A program made the translations under genes and the position numbers. Shown here in pieces: positions 1-8,139 of a stretch of DNA of 64,000 bases; the stretch's first letter is position 1; each line of letters opens with the position of its first letter. Origin of the DNA: an uncultured Fibrobacterota bacterium (GTDB lineage: Bacteria > Fibrobacterota > Chitinivibrionia > Chitinivibrionales > FEN-1185); the NCBI GenBank assembly GCA_963753345.1, contig CAVWBU010000035.1, forward strand, positions 1-64,000, given 5' to 3'. The notes under the pieces were generated by a model. It was not told the origin of the DNA. It saw only the letters and a list, made by a program, of their open reading frames with translations, and searched no databases.

Positions 1-122
1 TGACCTGCCCCTGGTATGATTAGAGACAAGGCTAAAGCTACATATCTGTCCTTTTTTTCACCTCTCTTTGTGTGAACATGTTCCCTTAACTGCCGAATAG
101 TTTTGTCATCGATGTACATCAT
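1..122 (-). CDS. Small membrane protein, TM2/DUF5683-like (5' part only; runs off the window)
   Basis: AGGAGG Shine-Dalgarno then ATG at 122. It translates to MMYIDDKTIRQLREHVHTKRGEKKDRYVALALSLIIPGAG, matching the 'K..ALxLSLxxPGxG' motif. Not in the ORF track. Confidence 0.55.
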   Translation of the reverse strand, partial: MMYIDDKTIRQLREHVHTKRGEKKDRYVALALSLIIPGAG

Positions 123-251
123 AGTCAACTCCTCCTAATTCTCCCATGTATTGTTCCAGTATTGCCTTGGGCGTTGACGCGTTATTGTATAGCAAGTTCC
201 TTTACATTCACCTAAGTACATCGTAATAGACCTTTAGTTATTGTCATTCGG

Positions 252-1526
252 CTAATGTTCATAATCTTCATCTTTACAGTCAGATGCTGGACAAAGTGAT
301 CGGTTAAATGGTTTTCCGGTTAATTGAGCGTATTCTTTCTTTAGTTTTGCAATTTCGCGTTGCATTACTTGCATCTCCCTTGGCGTATCAAGTGACTGCT
401 GGTAACCACGCTGCCAAAGTTCATTTGTTCGGCTATTATGTTCACGGGACATTTGTCTGTATGTACACAAGTCCCCACAAATTTCGGAAATAAGGCCATC
501 CGGATCAGCATTCATTTGAGCTTCTTTTTCCTCTTTTGCTGCTATTTTCTCCTCATCTGTGCTATAATTATCCCTAAGCGACCTGTGCCAGAGCTTATTC
601 TTCATACCTCCAGCTGCGAAAATACTATTGTTGCTTATCGCAAAGAGTAATGCGATCATTTCTATGTTTGGAAGCCCTACACTGATTGTTTCCCAATTTG
701 TGCCATTATCGTTGGAAAGGAAAACACCATCTGTAGTTCCCGCAAAGATATTGTTGCCACTAACGACAAGAGAAAAAAGGACTCACTTGTGGGTAAGCCG
801 AAATTGACCGCAGTCCAGTTTGTACCGTTGTCGGTGAAGCGGAAAACACCATCACTAGTTCCCGCAAAAATATTGTTGCCACTAACGACAAGAGAGGCAA
901 TAATAGTATCATTTACGGATTCAGAATCGATTCCGGTCCAGCTTGTACCATTATCGTTGGAAATAAAAACACCATCATTAGTTCCTGCAAAGATATGGTT
1001 GTTGCTAATGATAAGTGTGTTAATTCTTTGATCTGCTAGACCAGTAGAGGTATAAGTCCAACTTGTGCCATTGTTGGTGGAAAGAAAGACACCACCCCCA
1101 AGAGTACCGGCGAAGATGTAAACTCCCGCTGACAGCAAGCGAAAGAATGGCAGTATTGGTGAGGCCATTATTGACCGCAGTCCAGTTTGCACCATTGTTA
1201 GTGGTTAGAAAAACGCCATTGTCACGAGTTCCAGCAAAAATGTTATTGCCATCTACCGCAAAACAAAGGACACTATTATTTCTGAGACCTGAACCAACTG
1301 CCTTCCAGCTTGTACCATTATTGATTAAGCGGAAGACACCATTATGAATAGTTCCAGCAAGAATATTGCTGCCTTTTACTCCAAGTGCCCAAACCTCGCC
1401 GCTATTCGGAACATTTATTTGTCTCCATTGAGCACTTGATGCTTGTACCAACAAAACGATCAATCCTACGTAAAGAAACAGTGATTTTTGCATAATCATT
1501 CTCCAATGGTTTCGATGGAACGTCAT
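252..1526 (-). CDS. Secreted Asp-box/BNR-type beta-propeller repeat protein, split by two frameshifts
   Basis: Signal peptide and repeats 'NIFAGT.xGVF.SxxNGTxW' continue across ORFs 1020..1526, 677..1195 and 252..659. Frameshifts at ~1120 (agttta) and ~775 (T-run) join them; ...SNDNGTNWETISVGLPNIE reads directly into MIALLFAIS. Confidence 0.75.
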
Positions 1527-1691
1527 TGTTCCTTCTCTATAGTTCTACCAGATTTGGATGGTTTATAACGCTAATTGTATTAATTAGAGCCTTTCAGTCA
1601 AATGGCTTTGCAGAGAGAAAATAGGAAGCCCTCCCGCTACCTTTGAAGAAAGTCATGGGAGCCCTAGTCTTAAGCTTTCTCGCCTGGAAAG

Positions 1692-2236
1692 CTATTTCTT
1701 GCCGTTTATATTTATTTGTCTGCATATTGCATAGACTGCCGCTATCGCAGGACCCTTGGTTGTTCCCAAAACGTCGTCAGCCATGTTGTTTATGTCATTT
1801 AGAATGTCCAGAACCAGTCCTGCTTTTTTATGGAGTTTTGTTAATGCTTTCGTAGGAATACTCTTTCCCTTATTTTTGTTTGAGCCTCCACCCTTATTTG
1901 CCATATTATCCAATATGATAATCTCCAAATCCTTTTCAGATGCATCGGCAGGAAACACTAATTCCAGATGTTCCTCAATAACCTTTATCAATATTTGTCT
2001 CCATGACAAAGCAGAAGCAAATGGATTCAGTTGTTCGAATCTATTCTCTAGTCTAGTGATGATGCCATTCAAATTGTGATCAATTATTATTTTTGCTTCA
2101 TTTTCAGCAGTACTTTCCATTTCATCAGGCCAATCAAAATTCAACGTGAGCCTAATATGTCTCTTTGCTCTTTGCTCATTGTCATTAAGGCATCAATAGG
2201 ACGGCGAAGGGTTTTCCAATCTGGCGATCCACTCAT
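1692..2236 (-). CDS. Hypothetical protein, weakly YaaW/UPF0174-like; frameshift at ~2143
   Basis: AGGAG SD with ATG at 2236 (MSGSPDWK...). Adding one T at cgt/ttg fuses it to ORF 1692..2144. 'WRQILIKVIEEHLELVFPADASEKDLEIIIL' and C-terminal 'GPAIAAVYAIC' recall YaaW. Confidence 0.45.
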
Positions 2237-2289
2237 AATGACTTCTCCTGTGAGTGCATTTCTTGAATCGGGAGACTGTGCAGGCGAGG

Positions 2290-2494
2290 AAATAAAAAAG
2301 CCCTGCCGCCAGCCTCTGATTTTCTGCGAAGAGAACCAGAGAGATGTAACACATCCATAGCTCACGACAGAGCGTTGAGCCCTGTTCAGACGGATGTGTT
2401 ACATTTCTCGATAAAACGAGATCGGTTTTAGGCAGAATATGCCCAAAACCACAGGTATCGACGTATCAATACCTGTTCACTGGTTCTCTTCGCT
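2290..2494 (-). ncRNA. Candidate structured ncRNA or 5' leader (four-way junction)
   Basis: Perfect 14-bp closing stem 2326-2339/2480-2493 encloses three hairpins (2341-2407, 2424-2450, 2451-2476). It starts ~7 nt after a consensus -10 box and ends in a U-tract. Confidence 0.6.
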
Positions 2495-2500
2495 ATTACA

Positions 2501-2529
2501 ATTATAGCTTGTCAGCGGTGATGAATCAA
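2501..2529 (-). promoter_or_regulatory. Sigma-70 promoter TTGATT-N17-TATAAT
   Basis: Minus strand reads ttgatt catcaccgctgacaagc tataat. Confidence 0.7.
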
Positions 2530-2672
2530 TAGAAATAGGGTGGAAAAAGAAGGCCGTATCAAGGAGGCGGGATTACCTACTCAGTGGTTGAATTTATGGA
2601 ACATAAAAGGAACCCCTTCAACGTAGTGTCTATGGGTCAGGTACTCCGTGGTTTGAGCAAGAGAGCAAGAAA

Positions 2673-3038
2673 ATGAGTCACAAGCTTGAAGTCGTCGTAG
2701 TCGATGATGAAGAACAAATCACTGAACTTCTCAAAACGTTCATCCTGATCGTGGGTGAGGATATATGTGTCCACACCTTTACAGATTCAACAGTCGCAAA
2801 GGATTTTGTTTTACAAAATCCAGTAGATGTGCTCATTACAGATTACAAGATGCCTCGCCTCGATGGCATGCAGCTCATGGAGTCAGCTCCTCCTGAGGTG
2901 AAAAAAATCATGATCTCGGGATATGTTTCTGAAATTGGTGAAAAGAAGCTTCAAAAACTCAATGCCATTTATTTTGAGAAACCAGTGCCTTTGCGGGCAT
3001 TGGCAAAGGTTATTTCGGAGTACCGCAAACAAATCTAA
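2673..3038 (+). CDS. Single-domain response regulator (CheY-like receiver)
   Basis: VVVVDDEE, DVLITDYKMPRLDG, ISG and KP receiver motifs. Confidence 0.9.
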   Translation: MSHKLEVVVVDDEEQITELLKTFILIVGEDICVHTFTDSTVAKDFVLQNPVDVLITDYKMPRLDGMQLMESAPPEVKKIMISGYVSEIGEKKLQKLNAIYFEKPVPLRALAKVISEYRKQI

Positions 3039-3076
3039 AGATGCGACAATCCTCGGGCTTGAGATGGAAACGATTT

Positions 3077-3112
3077 AAAAAAAAGGGAGATACTACATAA
3101 GTACCTCCCCTT
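3077..3112 (-). terminator. Rho-independent terminator
   Basis: Minus strand: GGGAGGTACT-tatgt-AGTATCTCCC followed by T8. Confidence 0.75.
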
Positions 3113-3115
3113 CCC

Positions 3116-3165
3116 TCGCTTTACTTTACGTTACTTTGCCTTACCGTACTTTACTCTACTATGCC
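3116..3165. repeat. Degenerate pentanucleotide tandem repeat (consensus TTACT)
   Basis: tcgct ttact ttacg ttact ttgcc ttacc gtact ttact ctact atgcc. Confidence 0.8.
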
Positions 3166-3554
3166 TTGATGACTCGCTAAACAGCAAAAGCTGCTCGGCA
3201 AAAACTCACCTCTCATCAAGCAAGTAAAGCAACCCCTCACGGAAACCGTGATTGGGGTTGAAAAGTAGGAGGCCTCCTTTTTGCGGAGACATGGCAGCGA
3301 GTAGGCCATGTAACTCAATTATAGCAAAAATTAATCAAAAATGCCAGCAATTTTTCTTCAAGGAAGTACGAAGAGGGGTGGAAGCCAGATCAACAAGGTT
3401 AAGGATATCGATTTAAAAAGGGAGCTGATGGGGACAGCTCCAGCCTGGTTTCTGCCAGAAAACACTTTCTTTCAAAGGGGCTTGAAAAGGGTGGAATTGG
3501 CAGTATATTATCTGGGGAAAGGGATCTCGGAAAATCTGTTTCAAAGGATAAAAT

Positions 3555-4304
3555 ATGAGAAAAATCCAATACCGTATTACTTTCTACGTTCTTTTATCTA
3601 TTTCATGGAGCTTCGGATTGTCGCCTGTTAGGGATGACTGTAAGAGTAATCTTGCCTACAATTCATATCGTGGGCACTCCACTTCAATTTCGCCTTCAAA
3701 AAAGTGGGTGTTTGAAACAGTACAATACCGATCAAACGCTTTTGCCTATTATGATTCCATACAGCTATTTCTTTTTCAATATTGTTACCCTTCCGAACAC
3801 ATTTACATGACAACCTTATTTTCCCATTCCGCAGGTGGAATGTATTTCTGGTTTCCTGGAAATGATTGGGGTGGGGCGTGGAGTCCCGGTGAAGATTCCG
3901 TCTATTTTATGGTAAATCAGTCCACAATTAATACTCCTGGTATGGGTGATACCGAAGAAGTATTCACCATGGATGTCTCGTCCATTACTGGGGGAACCTT
4001 GAATGCACCTCGATCAAGCAGTACACCGAAACTCATGAAAGTTTCCAATCACCCTAATCCTTTTTCCCGTATGACAACTATTAACTACTCCCTTCCTCAA
4101 GAAGGATTCGTTGCAATCAATATTTACAATGCGAATGGCGAATTGATCAGGGTGTTAGGACAGGAAAAGCAAGAGCAGGGAAATCATTCTACATATTGGG
4201 ACGGAAGGGATAATCTTGGCAATTCAGTAGCAACGGGTGTTTATTATTATCAAGTGATTTCCAGGGATATTATTTCTGTAAAAACAATGATAAAAACTAA
4301 ATGA
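3555..4304 (+). CDS. Secreted protein with C-terminal FlgD-Ig/T9SS-like sorting domain
   Basis: Signal peptide; C-terminus NHPNPFS..TTINYSL..IYN.NGELIR.L..G.H..WDGRD..G..VATGVYYY. Confidence 0.8.
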   Translation: MRKIQYRITFYVLLSISWSFGLSPVRDDCKSNLAYNSYRGHSTSISPSKKWVFETVQYRSNAFAYYDSIQLFLFQYCYPSEHIYMTTLFSHSAGGMYFWFPGNDWGGAWSPGEDSVYFMVNQSTINTPGMGDTEEVFTMDVSSITGGTLNAPRSSSTPKLMKVSNHPNPFSRMTTINYSLPQEGFVAINIYNANGELIRVLGQEKQEQGNHSTYWDGRDNLGNSVATGVYYYQVISRDIISVKTMIKTK

Positions 4305-4735
4305 ACAACCCATGGCACCCCTGACACATATGACATCCTGGTTGAGAAAAATGACGTGACAAAGTTGATAATCTTGGTAAAGGTTCACCGTTGTGCGCTG
4401 GAGGAATCAATGGGGCGATCCTGGAGCTTGTGGCGGTGGTTCAAGGACTGGTTCGAAGGTTATCACCAGAGCGGCGGTTCATTCGGTTTATGGGAAGATG
4501 GTTCTGAAAGTGCCGCAGTCTACAAGAAGATAAAAATACCCTTGACACCCTTGCCACCTGTGACGCCGTGATCAGGAATAGTGACGTGGCAATATTGGCA
4601 ATATGGCACTATTGGGGCCGGTAGGTGCTGGGAGGCTCTAGGGGACGATCCAGGGGCTTGTGACGATTTCTGGCGCTTAGCTACTGCTTGTTGAAAAATG
4701 TGTGTGCTGCCTAGTTCAACGGTTGATTGTTGGAA

Positions 4736-4758
4736 AAGTGTCCGGTCAAGTGTCCGGT
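4736..4758. repeat. 11-bp direct repeat AAGTGTCCGGT x2 (possible integrase arm-binding sites)
   Basis: aagtgtccggt c aagtgtccggt, about 120 bp downstream of the tRNA-Arg 3' end. Confidence 0.45.
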
Positions 4759-4824
4759 TTTACAGGGCACTTCAAGGTATTTTAGGGTATTTCGACAAAA
4801 GTAGGGTTCTTTGATACAAAAAGA

Positions 4825-4872
4825 AAAAGCCCGTTTTCCCCTATGAAAACTCATAAGGTTACGGGCTTTTTT
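4825..4872. terminator. Hairpin with flanking A/T tracts downstream of the tRNA pair
   Basis: aaaagcccgt...acgggctttt with inner stem tatga/tcata. Confidence 0.55.
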
Positions 4873-4875
4873 AAT

Positions 4876-4949
4876 CGTGCCTTGGGGGACTCGAACCTCC
4901 AACCTGCGGATTAGAAATCCGCTGCTCTGTCCAGTTGAGCTAAAGGCAC
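4876..4949 (-). tRNA. tRNA-Arg(TCT)
   Basis: GTGCCTT acceptor stem, GCGGA-TT TCT AA-TCCGC anticodon arm, GTTCGAGT T-loop. One A-C mismatch in the T-stem; no encoded CCA. Confidence 0.92.
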
Positions 4950-4959
4950 ATGTCAAGTA

Positions 4960-5034
4960 TCGGGGTGACTGGATTTGAACCAGCGACATCTTGGTCCCAA
5001 ACCAAGCGCTCTAGCCGGACTGAGCCACACCCCG
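4960..5034 (-). tRNA. tRNA-Pro(TGG)
   Basis: CGGGGTG acceptor stem, CTTGG-TT TGG GA-CCAAG anticodon arm, GTTCAAAT T-loop. Confidence 0.95.
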
Positions 5035-5084
5035 GAAGAAATCGTGAGGCGCGAATATGGTTCGGTAAAATATACATTCTGGAC

Positions 5085-5225
5085 GACGAAAATAATTTGG
5101 GCGTTCCCCTCGCTACCACGTCGGGTCGGTCCACCCCTTCGGGTGCTTCCAAGGGTCGTCCTTCCGGGCTCGGCTGTTCGCCTCGTTGCCGGACCGCCCC
5201 GATGACCTTCGGCCGGCACAAGGCA
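5085..5225. repeat. Dispersed GC-rich palindromic repeat (REP/MITE-like), related to 33495-33670
   Basis: Shares TTGGGCGTTCCCC...GGGTCGGT...CCTTCCGGnCTCGGC with the reverse complement of 33575-33670. Confidence 0.55.
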
Positions 5226-5405
5226 AGAGATACAATAATGAAGCGCGAAGCGCTATTACCACACCTTGGGGAACGAAGTGACAATTCGCTCTGGCTCACC
5301 CTGCGGTCCACCTAACGCGCGGCAACGGAATTCTATTAAGTCAATTGCTTCGTCTCGCGCCAATCGGCATCCGCAATAAATCGGCCGGGTATTCCTTTTT
5401 TTGAC

Positions 5406-5592
5406 TTTTCAACGTTTCAACTGTTCAACTATTCAACTTCTTTTACCACTGCTTTCCATGGGTGCCGCCACAACAATGCATGGTCTTGCAACTGCTTTGT
5501 CAAGGCGGTCACCCAGGAGGGGGTAGCGCAGGACACCGCAGGCCACAGGCCGAGGAGGCCGGAGCGCGGGGCGAAACTTCCCCCGCCAAGAT
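5406..5592. repeat. Composite intergenic repeat, copy 1 (octamer TTCAAC array plus GC-rich hairpin module)
   Basis: Same motif order as 6793-6993: (nnTTCAAC)x4, GGTGCC, TCTTGCAA, ACCCAnGAGGGGG, GAAACnTCCCCCGCCAA. Confidence 0.55.
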
Positions 5593-5613
5593 ATTTAGAA
5601 TTAAAGCTTAGTT

Positions 5614-6759
5614 TTAGAATGCAACTTTTACTCTCACCCCATATATCATTTCTCCATAGGGAAGAGGCAAGAGGCCATTTGCAGAAGATGGCAGGCCCTG
5701 CACATACACGATGAGGTCCGCGTTCTGCAGGATGTTGTAGGAATACTGGAGCGTGCCGACGCCGGATTTAGCGGTAATGTCGGCGATCGCGCTTGCGGAA
5801 ATATCCATGAGGTCGTTGATCTTGTAGCGCATCATGAGAAACCCGTAATGGTTGTGCGTAAGCGCGATGTTGGTCTCCAACAGGGAAAACTGCGCCGGGC
5901 CCACGGGCGTCTGGGGCCGCTCGTTGTACAGATACTCACCGGTAACGTACCATGTGTTTGCAATGGAATAATCCGCGCCGAGCATGCCCACAAAGGCCCG
6001 GTAGCCGCCGTAGTGCCAATGCTCAACGAGTTCGCCGTACACGCCGGCAACGAGGTCGCCCTTGAACGTGAGGCCGGTGATGTACTCCCGTGTGCCGCCC
6101 TGGTAAATGCCGACGCCCGCGAGGTCGAAACTTCCCGCGTGGCCGTAGCCTTTTATCGCGCCGGCCACCCCGTCGGCCCGCGAGCTCACCTTGACAAGCG
6201 CGTCAAGTCCCGCAAGGTCGCCGAACGGCACGCGCACGCGCGCCACATCGCTGCCCCTGCGGCGCAGCGACAGGTCGAGGATGTTGACCGAGGAGAACAC
6301 GTCGACGGGAGAGAACACCATGCCCTCGCCGAACGAGATGATCTGCCTGCCCAGCGACAGGTCGGCAAAGGGAAGGAACAACGCGCCGTACAGCTTGCGG
6401 ATGTCAAGCACGACCGCCGACGACGGGGAGGGGAGAACGGCGAGGGCAAAGGAAGAGTCTGCTTTGCGGAAGGCGTCGGCATACGCGCCGAGGAGCAGCC
6501 ACAGGTCGGCGCTGGCGTCGAACTTGACCACCGTAGCCTTCTCGTTCTGCGCGTTGAGCGTGAGAAGGTTTGCGCCCGCAAAGTCGAACTGGTTGCTCAG
6601 TGATTTTGTGTGATCAAACGTTTCCAGCGCGTCAATGTCGTTCTGCAGGGTGCCGAATAGAGTGATTCCCTGTTCCCGCGGCGATTGTCCCCAGGCGGCA
6701 GACATGAAAAATGGTAGAAAGATTATTAGTATAGATTTATAGAATCTTTCTTTCATCAT
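5614..6759 (-). CDS. Outer-membrane protein associated with the LolCDE-like ABC system
   Basis: Signal peptide; 'GRQ.ISFGEG.VFSPVD.F' motif; alternating beta-strands; C-terminal Phe. Confidence 0.7.
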   Translation of the reverse strand: MMKERFYKSILIIFLPFFMSAAWGQSPREQGITLFGTLQNDIDALETFDHTKSLSNQFDFAGANLLTLNAQNEKATVVKFDASADLWLLLGAYADAFRKADSSFALAVLPSPSSAVVLDIRKLYGALFLPFADLSLGRQIISFGEGMVFSPVDVFSSVNILDLSLRRRGSDVARVRVPFGDLAGLDALVKVSSRADGVAGAIKGYGHAGSFDLAGVGIYQGGTREYITGLTFKGDLVAGVYGELVEHWHYGGYRAFVGMLGADYSIANTWYVTGEYLYNERPQTPVGPAQFSLLETNIALTHNHYGFLMMRYKINDLMDISASAIADITAKSGVGTLQYSYNILQNADLIVYVQGLPSSANGLLPLPYGEMIYGVRVKVAF

Positions 6760-6792
6760 GACTCCCGATTGCCTGCTGTCATCTGTATTATC

Positions 6793-6993
6793 TATTCAAC
6801 TCTTCAATTATTCAACTTTTCAACTACTCTTCTCGGTGCCCCCGCAGCCGCAGTTTCTTTCTTGCAAACCAGCTCACTTGGGGGCTACCCACGAGGGGGT
6901 GTGGGTGCGGATCACCGGCGCCTTGTATGACGATTTACTTTGCCCGGAAGGCGCCGGAAGCCGCACCCCAGGGGGAAACCTCCCCCGCCAAAA
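6793..6993. repeat. Composite intergenic repeat, copy 2
   Basis: See 5406-5592. Confidence 0.55.
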
Positions 6994-7002
6994 TCTCTCT
7001 AT

Positions 7003-7734
7003 CTATCTCTGCAAATTCTGCAAACTGAAAACATTCTGATCTACCTTAACATCAAACGCAATATCATTCATCTCAAAAACTGTTTTTGTGTCCCTGCGCA
7101 GCTTGTTGACCATTTCCACTTTTACGGGAAAATGCCGCGCCCCGATTTTCTTGATGTCAAGCACATGCGAGACCTTGAGCAGGGTCCCGCTCTTGGCGTA
7201 CATCTCCTCCTGCCGCTGGATAAAGAGATCCTTGTCGACCCACATTTTCCGTTTGTAGTACGGTGCGTCCTTGACCGTTGCGTCGAGCGTGAGCACGTAG
7301 CAGGGGTGGCCGTCGAAGTCCTCCTCGCCGGAAAGCGTTGCGGCATATTTTTTGTGCAGCGCGTCGGCCTCGAGCGCGTCCTCGTAGGAGACGTCGGAGC
7401 CCATCATGCCTTCCTTGAGCATGTGGCCGGAAATCTTGACAACGTCCTGTTCCGACGGGAAATAGATCCACAGCTCCTTGTTGATCTTGAGGTACTTGGT
7501 GCCCCGGTCCTCCGCATTGGTGAATTCGGCCAGCGCCTTCTCGGTGCCGAGGCCCAGGGTCTTCATGGTCTTGGTCCGCACCTCGCCGCCCACGTGGATC
7601 TCCATGGTTGCGGTATAGGAAATTGTGCCGTAGTCCCTGTTTTTGTCAATGGCCGAAAGGATTTCGGCCGGGGTGAGGGCGAAGACGGAGGTGCAAGACA
7701 ACAGTGCGAAAAAATAGGGTTTGATTGTCTTCAT
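7003..7734 (-). CDS. LolA-like outer-membrane lipoprotein-sorting protein
   Basis: 'RGTKYLK...LWIYFP....VVKISG......MMGSDVSYED' family signature. Confidence 0.85.
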   Translation of the reverse strand: MKTIKPYFFALLSCTSVFALTPAEILSAIDKNRDYGTISYTATMEIHVGGEVRTKTMKTLGLGTEKALAEFTNAEDRGTKYLKINKELWIYFPSEQDVVKISGHMLKEGMMGSDVSYEDALEADALHKKYAATLSGEEDFDGHPCYVLTLDATVKDAPYYKRKMWVDKDLFIQRQEEMYAKSGTLLKVSHVLDIKKIGARHFPVKVEMVNKLRRDTKTVFEMNDIAFDVKVDQNVFSLQNLQR

Positions 7735-7746
7735 GGTTTGCTCCTT

Positions 7747-8139
7747 TTAACTCACCCCTGGCCCCTCTCTTGAAAGAGAGGGGGACGGGAATGAGAAATG
7801 TCTGGTGATATCATTCAATACGTGTTTCAAGTCGCCGAGTACCTCTTCATTCCGGAAGCGTATGAGGCGGATACCAAATTTTTCCAGAAGCATCTGCCGG
7901 TGTTTGTCAATCTCAATCCGGCCATCATGTATTGGTCCGTCAAGTTCGATCCCGAGTTTTTCCGCATGACAGTAGAAATCAACCACCACAAACCTGTAGC
8001 GTCCCAGTTCCCGAACGGTGAACGGGTACTGGCGCACGAACTTTCGATTCTCAAGTCCGCGGTTTCTTAGATGCACCCAAAGCGCAGCTTCAGCCTTTGT
8101 CTGATTTTTCCTGAGCAAACGCGCGGTCTTCCTGATCAT
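7747..8139 (-). CDS. DUF559 / Vsr-like endonuclease domain protein
   Basis: ARLLRKNQTKAEAALW..LR, FVRQYP, VDFYC...KL.IELDGPIH, LIRFRNEEV. Confidence 0.9.
   Translation of the reverse strand: MIRKTARLLRKNQTKAEAALWVHLRNRGLENRKFVRQYPFTVRELGRYRFVVVDFYCHAEKLGIELDGPIHDGRIEIDKHRQMLLEKFGIRLIRFRNEEVLGDLKHVLNDITRHFSFPSPSLSREGPGVS

Larger units (their letters stand above)
3077..3311 (-). ncRNA. Candidate ~235-nt structured ncRNA containing a pentamer-repeat tract
   Basis: Extended -10 TGCTATAAT at 3318-3326, consecutive hairpins, ~10 degenerate pentamers at 3116-3165 and a strong terminator. No SD-led ORF. Confidence 0.6.

Noticed and set aside
2290-2494. Retron msr-msd
   Set aside because: It has a1/a2-like terminal pairing, but there is no adjacent reverse transcriptase (no YxDD-bearing RT ORF) in the window.
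3116-3165. CRISPR array
   Set aside because: The units are 5 nt with no spacers, and there are no cas genes in the window.
3341-3631. 96-aa ORF upstream of the FlgD-domain gene
   Set aside because: It overlaps the promoter region and start of 3555..4304, with no SD or recognisable motif.
4940-5315. ORFs overlapping the tRNA genes (also 4711..4989 and 15057..15479)
   Set aside because: Shadow ORFs over tRNAs and repeats, with no protein-like features.
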